DNA of 64,000 nucleotides, taken from Nitrospinota bacterium. GTDB lineage: Bacteria > JADFOP01 > DATKYB01. Position 1 is the stretch's first letter. Each line of letters opens with the position of its first letter. This document shows positions 1-5,665 of the stretch, in pieces. Made by a program: the position numbers and the translations under genes. The notes under the pieces are model-generated. The model saw only the letters and a list, made by a program, of their open reading frames with translations. It was not told where the DNA came from and did no database searches. Location of the stretch: NCBI GenBank assembly GCA_035528715.1, contig DATKYB010000051.1:50-64049 (forward strand), read 5' to 3'.

Positions 1-101
1 TTTATAATGGTGGCGGATTCAACCTGCCCGAATTGTTCTAAAGCCAGCCGTAAGTCCTCTTCGGTGACCTCGTACGACAAATTTCCTACATAGATCTTCA
101 T
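1..101 (-). CDS. RRM (RNP-1/RNP-2) RNA-binding protein, N-terminal part (3' end off window)
   Basis: Minus-strand translation from ATG at 101 gives MKIYVGNLSYEVTEEDLRLALEQFGQVESATII, with a classic RNP-2 motif IYVGNL. RBS GGAGA is 6 nt upstream. Confidence 0.75.
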   Translation of the reverse strand, partial: MKIYVGNLSYEVTEEDLRLALEQFGQVESATII

Positions 102-140
102 TCTAATCTCCTTTTGTAATAAATTATAAATTTTCACATC

Positions 141-196
141 GCCTAACAATTAATAGACGAATTTCTGATTTGTATCGGATTTTTTTCTATATTAAA
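141..196 (-). repeat. Conserved cassette-associated hairpin repeat, copy R1 (class A)
   Basis: Plus strand gcCTAACAATTAATAGACGAAtttct. In gene orientation ATAGAAAAAAA...TTCGTCTATTAATTGTTAGGC ends 41 nt before ATG at 101. The 5' arm 181-196 pairs with the conserved 3' arm. Confidence 0.6.
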
Positions 197-197
197 T

Positions 198-227
198 ATT
201 CTACTAAAAAAGCTAAAATTTTGTCAA
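198..227 (-). promoter_or_regulatory. sigma70-type promoter (TTGACA-N18-TAGAAT) reading toward class-A repeat R1 and the RRM gene
   Basis: -35 TTGACA is the rc of 222-227 and -10 TAGAAT is the rc of 198-203. The predicted TSS falls at the start of the R1 hairpin. Confidence 0.5.
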
Positions 228-278
228 TAGGGTTTTACAGATTTTGCCATTTTCAAATTCGCCTTGGGGTTCTTTGCA

Positions 279-358
279 AGGAAAATTCGCTTTGTGAATC
301 TCCGAAGGAAAATCCTTCGAAAAATTCCTCAGGAAAATCCCTGAAAAATCTAAGGGGG
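279..358. repeat. Phased direct repeats GAAAATYC x5 (period 11-14 bp, one 28 bp gap)
   Basis: ggaaaattcgc (279), ggaaaatcc (307), gaaaaattcc (319), ggaaaatccc (332), gaaaaatct (343). They lie between attC-1 and the promoter at 198-227. Confidence 0.45.
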
Positions 359-371
359 ATTTAAATTTAAA

Positions 372-501
372 GCCTAACGGTCGAGTTCAGGGACAAGAGC
401 CATAGTACGATATTAACAAGCAAAAAGATGTTTAACAATAAAATAATAGCAAACGCTAAAAAGGCATCGCTGGCTCTTGTTCCCTCTGCAACGATTGGTT
501 A
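372..501 (-). other. attC-like recombination site 1 (~130 bp)
   Basis: In gene orientation it starts at the stop codon with TAACCAATCG (TAAC inverse core). A long imperfect inverted repeat GGGAACAAGAGCCA / TGGCTCTTGTCCC has a bulged base. It ends with core GTTAGGC (rc of 372-378). Confidence 0.55.
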
Positions 502-867
502 GACAGCTTCCCGTACCCATTTCTTTGCAGCATCCATATCTGCATAGTCAAACTGCTTCACTTCAGCAGACACAAAATGATTAGCTATCATTGGCGCAAT
601 TGACATAAGTTTTGAATCAGTTACTGCCGCTACTCTTTTGATTTTTTTATGATGATCTTTAATGAATTTCATATGATGTGTGAATGCTCCGAAACTCTTC
701 CATCCAGGAAAGTCTTTGGTATGTATTATGATTCCGTTAACATAGCCTTTTTCATTAATGTATGCATCTATTTCTTTGGTAAGTCGTTCAAAATCAGTTT
801 GTTCAAGTGCGCCTAATGGCTCAATAATAACTATCCCCTCTGCTCTCATAATTTCAAATGAAATCAT
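499..867 (-). CDS. STAS/SEC14-domain (DUF3478, SpoIIAA-like) protein
   Basis: 122 aa with the family pattern FPGW...FIKDHHKKIKRVAAV...EVKQFD...AKKWV. RBS AAAAGGA is 8 nt upstream of ATG 867. attC follows directly after the stop. Confidence 0.65.
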   Translation of the reverse strand: MISFEIMRAEGIVIIEPLGALEQTDFERLTKEIDAYINEKGYVNGIIIHTKDFPGWKSFGAFTHHMKFIKDHHKKIKRVAAVTDSKLMSIAPMIANHFVSAEVKQFDYADMDAAKKWVREAV

Positions 868-886
868 ATTTAATCCTTTTCTTGTG

Positions 887-1018
887 GTCTAACGTCTGGA
901 TCATCGATGCACACCATGAAGCACGCTCAAGGGCATTAAAGCTAATTTGCAGACTATAAATAATCACACTCAAAAAAGTCGCTGCTGGTGTGCATTCGAA
1001 TGCATCCGGTTGTTAGAT
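887..1018 (-). other. attC-like recombination site 2 (~132 bp)
   Basis: Inverse core ATCTAAC (rc of 1012-1018) contains the TAA stop of the upstream gene. Stems GGATGCAT..TGCACACCA / TGGTGTGCATCGATGATCC. Core GTTAGAC (rc of 887-893) lies 19 nt before the next ATG. Confidence 0.6.
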
Positions 1019-1828
1019 TTTATTTATTTTTCTTGCCCTTTCTAAAAATTCATCAACATGAGCGAACATGAATAAATACTCTCCATCAGGGTTTTTGAAT
1101 TCTGCAATCATTGTAAATCGATATATCATTTGATTGAATTCCTTAAAATAAGAAAATGCGCCAGCAAATCGCTCAAGCTCAAGAATATTACCCCATAGAA
1201 CTGGAGCCAATAGAAATGGAGGATATGTTCCAGTTAATCCATTAAGCTTTGAATTGAGTTTCTTTGTTAATCTGTGTTCCAGAAGTTTTTGAAATTTTTC
1301 TGTGCTTTCCATACGATCAAAATCAAAGTTGATATTGAAGACTTCAACAAGTGTTTTATTACCATCTTTTTCAACTTCAAAATCAAATCTTTTTCCATTT
1401 GGTAATTTTTTTTCAACTTGAATAAGCGTTAATCCGTCATCTTTTAGAAGCTTACTGATTACCGCTAACTCTGCAACAAAACTTTGAAATTGTGACTGAT
1501 TATCGTTAAAATTTATAATCATTTTATGGCATAGATTAATTATCTGCTTTCTCGGATCACCTTTAACTTTTTGAAGGATTTCAGTTGCCGTATTATTAAT
1601 AAATTTAAGAAATGCCAGAGAAGCTTGATCTCCCTCATTTGCGTTCCACCAAAAATCAAACATAGTCTTTTCTGAAATAAATTCGCCTTTTTCTTTAATG
1701 TCTGATTCTACTTTTTTGTAACGTTCATAATATTTACTGCTAATATCAGAAAGCAATTTATTTGATGAAGATAAAGCATCATATATTGAAGGCAAGTAAT
1801 GTTGTAGCAGATCTATGGGCTCATTCAT
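1013..1828 (-). CDS. Hypothetical protein (cassette ORF; start re-set to MNEPIDLL downstream of attC-3)
   Basis: The six-frame ORF extends to 1990 but would run through attC-3 and overlap the preceding gene. The in-frame ATG at 1828 lies 15 nt after GTTAGAT. No recognisable domain. Confidence 0.5.
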   Translation of the reverse strand: MNEPIDLLQHYLPSIYDALSSSNKLLSDISSKYYERYKKVESDIKEKGEFISEKTMFDFWWNANEGDQASLAFLKFINNTATEILQKVKGDPRKQIINLCHKMIINFNDNQSQFQSFVAELAVISKLLKDDGLTLIQVEKKLPNGKRFDFEVEKDGNKTLVEVFNINFDFDRMESTEKFQKLLEHRLTKKLNSKLNGLTGTYPPFLLAPVLWGNILELERFAGAFSYFKEFNQMIYRFTMIAEFKNPDGEYLFMFAHVDEFLERARKINKI

Positions 1829-1842
1829 TTTAATTTTTAAAA

Positions 1843-1914
1843 ATCTAACATCGCGGTTCACTGGCCGGAAGGGCCGCAGGCCCTTACGGTCCATGTGAAA
1901 CCGCCTGGTTAGAG
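1843..1914 (-). other. attC-like recombination site 3 (72 bp)
   Basis: In gene orientation: cTCTAAC - TTTCACATGGACCGTAAGGGCC tgc GGCCCTTCCGGCCAGTGAA - GTTAGAT. It has a perfect GTTRRRY core and bulged bases, and is GC-rich in AT-rich surroundings. Confidence 0.65.
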
Positions 1915-1925
1915 GGCACTCTTTT

Positions 1926-2858
1926 CTATGTATATATTTCATCTGTGATTTCTTTACACAGGCCATCAAGTCCAGGATATATTTTACCACTCGTTATTCC
2001 AATTTTTGCCAATTCTTTTCTCAGGTCATTTTTTCTCTTGCCATCTATAACCAATTTGCAAAATATTCGTCGTCCGCAGCAGGGGCAAACAATGAGCTTT
2101 CCATCCTTATTAAACCCATCAGGTTTGTTCCCAAATAACGTAAAACATGATCTCTGTGCTGTTATCCTCGGATTCAGATGTGGTGGTAATAATGCTATGG
2201 GTGAAGCGGGCAGTCCCCAAACAGAGTGATCGTTTGGTGTAGTGATGTTTTCTAACCATCTATCCGTTGATTTTTCTCCTGGATAGAGAACCGTACCGCT
2301 GGACCAATGGTCTTCACCTCCGAGTTCCTCTAACGCATATGTAAGCAAAGTTGTAGGAGCTAGACATGTAACTATTGGGTTTTTTGTATCTTCCATCTCT
2401 GTTCCTAGAGAGAAAAATAGTGCTATAGCTGCATCCTGAGACCAATCAAGAAGTCTAGTTGATCCACCATAATGTTGGATAAGGAAATACCATGACCATG
2501 TATCTGAAATGCTAATCTCAGGCACTAAGGATCGCGCTCGCCTTTGAAATTCAAAAAAGTATTTGCGCTCTTTTTTTTGCTGCTCTGATATTTTATCGTT
2601 ATCGATGTTTCTATATAGCTTTGGCACAAGGCTACCAAAATCCTTCTGTTCGCCACGGAACCAAGTGGACTCAGTCGTACATAATCTGATGTATTTGAAA
2701 TATTCTTCAAGGTTCTTAATAGGACTGAGATTCAAATATCCTTTAGGATGCCATTCTCTGCGCAATGCTATCTTGGATTCTAATGTCTTTGCCTTTTTAT
2801 ATAATTCCCTTACGTCTTCCCGGTCTTTCTCGGGTATATAATCTATCCAATTATGCAT
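1926..2858 (-). CDS. FRG-domain protein
   Basis: 310 aa. STWFRGEQKDFGSLVPKLYR, LIQHYGGSTRLLDWSQD and AQRSCFTLFG match the FRG domain signature. A C-terminal CPCCGRR Cys cluster is present. RBS AAAGGGAAA is upstream of ATG 2858. Confidence 0.65.
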   Translation of the reverse strand: MHNWIDYIPEKDREDVRELYKKAKTLESKIALRREWHPKGYLNLSPIKNLEEYFKYIRLCTTESTWFRGEQKDFGSLVPKLYRNIDNDKISEQQKKERKYFFEFQRRARSLVPEISISDTWSWYFLIQHYGGSTRLLDWSQDAAIALFFSLGTEMEDTKNPIVTCLAPTTLLTYALEELGGEDHWSSGTVLYPGEKSTDRWLENITTPNDHSVWGLPASPIALLPPHLNPRITAQRSCFTLFGNKPDGFNKDGKLIVCPCCGRRIFCKLVIDGKRKNDLRKELAKIGITSGKIYPGLDGLCKEITDEIYT

Positions 2859-2912
2859 AATAATGTTTCCCTTTGCCTTGATTTAATACGGTGTGTATCT
2901 TCTTTATTTGAC

Positions 2913-2947
2913 CTCTAACAATTAATAGACGAAGTTCTTGTTTATGC
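2913..2947 (-). repeat. Class-A conserved repeat, copy R2 (truncated; begins at stop codon of 2950..3675)
   Basis: In gene orientation TGA-GTGCATAAACAAGAACTTCGTCTATTAATTGTTAGAG, 57 nt upstream of ATG 2858. Confidence 0.55.
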
Positions 2948-2949
2948 AC

Positions 2950-3675
2950 TCATAGTACTAACTTTATTAAGTCGGTTTTCTTTTTTTCTTTCCAAACATT
3001 CAAAACCTCCTCCTTGAAATCGTCATATGTTCCATCAATTATGATCTTTTCAACAGATTTAGAAGCGGTCATATCTTCATACGAAAATTGAAACGTAATT
3101 TCATAAGACTTTAGCGAATTTAATTCTTTAGAAAAGTGCATAAGATCGTTGTTCGTTATTACCACATCGATTTCACACCTCATTAAAATCCGGGAGTGTT
3201 TTTCAAGTTTATATGGGAAAATACATGATTTTAAAGAATCTAGTAAGTGTTTAAAGTGGATAGCGGCTGGTTTATTGCTCAGGAGGTCACTATTTGTTTT
3301 AAGCCCAATAATTTCAGGTCGATTTAAAATTATCATTTCATCACGATTGTTTATAAGATCGAAATCAATCGTAAAGTGTGTTTTTGAGTCAACGCGCCCA
3401 TCTCCTAAAAAAGCATAGGGCCTAAATGATGATGTTTTTTTTATAATTTTGAATTCGTTACCAGGTGGCATTTTTATTAAAGCCTGTTTCCAGGCTTTAT
3501 AACCAGCGTAAAATACACATAGTATTGCAAATAGGCCAGTAATTTTGCTTTTTGAAGAAAGATCAATAGGAGAGACACTAGCCACAAGAATAATAATTAA
3601 GGAAACTGCACTAAAATAATTGGTAGCTGACCTTAACAGTACCTTTATATATTCATTGAATTGGCTTTGTTTCAT
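2950..3675 (-). CDS. Hypothetical membrane-anchored protein
   Basis: 241 aa. The N-terminal hydrophobic segments (LIIILVASVS, LFAILCVFYAGY) suggest 1-2 TM helices. No recognisable domain. Confidence 0.5.
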   Translation of the reverse strand: MKQSQFNEYIKVLLRSATNYFSAVSLIIILVASVSPIDLSSKSKITGLFAILCVFYAGYKAWKQALIKMPPGNEFKIIKKTSSFRPYAFLGDGRVDSKTHFTIDFDLINNRDEMIILNRPEIIGLKTNSDLLSNKPAAIHFKHLLDSLKSCIFPYKLEKHSRILMRCEIDVVITNNDLMHFSKELNSLKSYEITFQFSYEDMTASKSVEKIIIDGTYDDFKEEVLNVWKEKKKTDLIKLVL

Positions 3676-3698
3676 AGTAGTTCAATCAAGTTTAAGGC

Positions 3699-3763
3699 CC
3701 ATAACGGGCTGCTCAGGGGCGGTGCGTTTTTTAGCGCCGTCCCTTGCAGCAGCAAGGTTATAA
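3699..3763 (-). other. attC-like recombination site 4 (65 bp)
   Basis: In gene orientation: TTATAACC (stop TAA inside) - CTTGCTGCTGCAAGGGACGGCGC taaaaaa CGCACCGCCCCTGAGCAGC - CCGTTATGG. The cores ATAAC/GTTAT are inverted. It is not a Rho-independent terminator (no U-tract). Confidence 0.6.
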
Positions 3764-4222
3764 GTCCTTTTCAATTTTATTTATTTTATCTTGAAGGTTT
3801 TTTTCTACTTCTTTAACAAGCAATTCGATCTCGGAAATTCGTGAGTCAATTTTATCGAAGTCATAGGCTCGGCATGACATTGGGAACCATTTCTTTGCAG
3901 GTGTACTCCAGTTTGCAACTTTCGGTCTTCGGTATTGATAATCCGTGTGTGCGAATAATTGATTACGAAGGTCAACCAATTCATCATGGAGCGGGCGAAG
4001 TCGTGAGGGAACAACCTTTTTTGTCAATGTGTGTTTTGGAATATGTGTACCCTTATTTACTGAAAAAGGGCGAACATAAGAAACTACAATATCTCTAAGG
4101 AGGCAATATCGGATATCTTTACGCCGATAGCGTTTTAGAATCCGAAGAGCATGCTTTGTTGAATCGAAGTCGATCGAGTAAAGCCTATAGAAATAATATT
4201 CTTCCATGTCTATATTTTTCAT
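3758..4222 (-). CDS. Hypothetical protein (154 aa, basic)
   Basis: ORF starts 15 nt after class-A repeat R3. No recognisable domain. Confidence 0.5.
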   Translation of the reverse strand: MKNIDMEEYYFYRLYSIDFDSTKHALRILKRYRRKDIRYCLLRDIVVSYVRPFSVNKGTHIPKHTLTKKVVPSRLRPLHDELVDLRNQLFAHTDYQYRRPKVANWSTPAKKWFPMSCRAYDFDKIDSRISEIELLVKEVEKNLQDKINKIEKDL

Positions 4223-4231
4223 AATTCAACT

Positions 4232-4284
4232 TCCAACAATTAATAGACGGATTTCTTATTTATTCGTTTTTCTCTGTTGTGGAG
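4232..4284 (-). repeat. Class-A conserved hairpin repeat, copy R3
   Basis: In gene orientation CACAACAGAGAAAAACGAATAAATAAGAAATCCGTCTATTAATTGTTGGAAG. Arms ACAGAGAAAAA / TCCGTCTATT are complementary. Confidence 0.6.
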
Positions 4285-4395
4285 GCTTCAAAACAGATGG
4301 AAAAAATGCAGAATAACGATAAGTAACAACTTTCTAGACCAACATTAAAATCCAGTCCAGAAGTAGAGCAGAATCAACAACAAATTTAAATTCAG

Positions 4396-4423
4396 AATAT
4401 ATTTAAAAAGAGAAAAAAGTCAA
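4396..4423 (-). promoter_or_regulatory. sigma70-type promoter (TTGACT-N16-TATATT) upstream of R3 and gene 3758..4222
   Basis: -35 is the rc of 4418-4423 and -10 is the rc of 4396-4401. It is preceded by AAGAACTTTGAATTGAAAAA, a sequence also found at the 5397-5425 promoter. Confidence 0.45.
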
Positions 4424-4445
4424 GGATATTTTTCAATTCAAAGTT

Positions 4446-4524
4446 CTTGTTATTTCCTCCTTCCCCTTCTGCTTTTTAGGTTTATGCTGAGGGGAGCGAG
4501 GATAAAGTGGAATGAGTTGTTAGA
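4446..4524 (-). other. attC-like recombination site 5 (R' end degenerate)
   Basis: Inverse core ATCTAAC (rc of 4518-4524) lies 12 nt after the stop. Stems CCTCGCTCCCCTCAGC / GCAGAAGGGGAAGGAGG. The 3' end reads AATAACAAGAACTTTG instead of GTTRRRY, which resembles the class-A loop sequence. Confidence 0.45.
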
Positions 4525-4534
4525 TGTTATTATT

Positions 4535-4777
4535 TTATGTTACAATTCGTAAGGCAAAATACGGAATAATATTAAAAACAAATATAGCTATTTTTAAAAA
4601 AGCCATGCCTGCATAATGAATTGCATCGAACGTTTCTACTGGAATCTTGAACCACTTGCTATGCATGCGATAAATCCAATCATGAGCAAATGCAAACAAT
4701 AAAAACCACCACAGCAATAATCCCATATTAATTACAGCGCACCATCCTAATGCTCCACGCAATATATCAACTGTCAT
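4535..4777 (-). CDS. Small membrane protein (80 aa, 2 predicted TM helices)
   Basis: Strong RBS AAAGGAGAAG is 5 nt upstream of ATG 4777. Hydrophobic segments WCAVINMGLLLWWFLLFAF and FLKIAIFVFNIIPYF. Confidence 0.55.
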   Translation of the reverse strand: MTVDILRGALGWCAVINMGLLLWWFLLFAFAHDWIYRMHSKWFKIPVETFDAIHYAGMAFLKIAIFVFNIIPYFALRIVT

Positions 4778-4817
4778 TTGTCTTCTCCTTTTCTGTAAAT
4801 ATTTTATTATTTATTTC

Positions 4818-4889
4818 ATATAACGCTAAAGCTCACTGGCGGGGGTGGAGCGCAGCAAAATCCCCGTCCAGTGCAGCACTTTGTTAGCC
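4818..4889 (-). other. attC-like recombination site 6 (72 bp)
   Basis: In gene orientation: GGCTAAC (contains the TAA stop) - GCTGCACTGGACGGGGA ... TCCACCCCCGCCAGTGAGC - GTTATAT. Bulged G and A bases in the stem. Confidence 0.6.
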
Positions 4890-5276
4890 ACCTAATTTAT
4901 TTTCAATAACTTCATGGACCTCCCAATTTTTGTCAATCCATATTCCAATTATTTCTATGTTTTCATATTGTTGACGAAGAAATTGTATTGCCTTTTGTAT
5001 GTGTATAATTTGATCATTTTGTGGTGCTGGATTTCCGGCACAATCGTGATGGCCAACAATAGCAACTCCTACGGAATTATGATGCTCAATTGAAATTTTC
5101 AGTCTTTCAAGAATCGACTGAATAGAGGTAATGCTTTTCTCTTCTGATAGAATCAGATTTGGGCCAGCTTCAGTAATGGAGTCAACATATTCAACATTGA
5201 ATCGTTTTTGCAGATATCTAATTACAGGTAATTGAACTCGCCCATCCATGCAATTGATAACTGTATAGAATCGCAT
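4884..5276 (-). CDS. Small protein with a possible beta-carbonic-anhydrase-like metal-binding pattern (CxDxR ... HxxC)
   Basis: 130 aa. The motifs NCMDGRV and VGHHDCAGN resemble the Cys-Asp-x-Arg / His-x-x-Cys zinc ligands of beta-class carbonic anhydrases, but the protein is shorter than typical CAs. RBS GAAGGAAAC is upstream of ATG 5276. Confidence 0.45.
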   Translation of the reverse strand: MRFYTVINCMDGRVQLPVIRYLQKRFNVEYVDSITEAGPNLILSEEKSITSIQSILERLKISIEHHNSVGVAIVGHHDCAGNPAPQNDQIIHIQKAIQFLRQQYENIEIIGIWIDKNWEVHEVIENKLGG

Positions 5277-5292
5277 ACCGTTTCCTTCTGGT

Positions 5293-5342
5293 GGCTAACA
5301 ATTAATAGACGAAGTTCTTGTTTATGCTTTTTCTCTATTGTG
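5293..5342 (-). repeat. Class-A conserved hairpin repeat, copy R4 (most complete)
   Basis: In gene orientation CACAATAGAGAAAAAGCATAAACAAGAACTTCGTCTATTAATTGTTAGCC, 23 nt before ATG 5276. Arms ACAATAGAGAAAAAG / CTTCGTCTATT-TGT. Confidence 0.6.
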
Positions 5343-5396
5343 ATAAATCTATATGTATTTTTGAAAATTATGCAATAAAATATCAAAATTCATGTA

Positions 5397-5425
5397 ATTA
5401 TATAAAATCAAAGGGTTTTTTGCAA
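5397..5425 (-). promoter_or_regulatory. sigma70-type promoter (TTGCAA-N17-TATAAT) for first in-window cassette
   Basis: Perfect -10 TATAAT (rc of 5397-5402) and -35 TTGCAA (5420-5425). The transcript leader (~110 nt) contains R4. Confidence 0.55.
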
Positions 5426-5610
5426 TTGAAAGTTCTTTTTGTTCTTGTCCCCTTTTAGATTTTTCAGGGATGCGGCACCAAAGGTCAAATACCGTAAAGA
5501 AAAATTTTAGAGCATTTAAAATCGTTCTGGTGTTCCTGTTTTCAAAGAGGTTACTTCTTAAATTTCAATATTTTCAATAAGTTATCCATCCATTTTATGC
5601 CATCAGTATC

Positions 5611-5638
5611 CATTTTGCGCTTGCATATTGAGGTTTTA
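5611..5638 (+). promoter_or_regulatory. sigma70-type promoter (TTGCAT-N16-TATAAT) for DUF721 gene
   Basis: -35 at 5611-5616 and -10 at 5633-5638, 27 nt upstream of ATG 5666. Confidence 0.45.
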
Positions 5639-5665
5639 AATGTATAATTAATAATATCATATTTT

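Larger units (their letters stand above)
1..5480 (-). mobile_element. Integron-like gene cassette array (cluster of attC sites; no integron integrase in window; continues past left edge)
   Basis: 8 co-oriented short genes of unrelated function. 6 GC-rich imperfect palindromes sit immediately after stop codons, each bounded by RYYYAAC...GTTRRRY cores, in an otherwise AT-rich background. Conserved 50-bp hairpin repeats at cassette 5' ends. Core housekeeping genes start at ~5600. Confidence 0.6.

Noticed and set aside
170-364. 64-aa plus-strand ORF
   Set aside because: It is low-complexity and overlaps the promoter and repeat tract. It runs antisense to the cassette transcription direction and has no RBS.
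372-4889. GC-rich hairpins after stop codons read as Rho-independent terminators
   Set aside because: None is followed by a U-tract on the transcribed strand. The stems are long and imperfect with bulges, and are flanked by RYYYAAC/GTTRRRY cores. This fits attC rather than a terminator.
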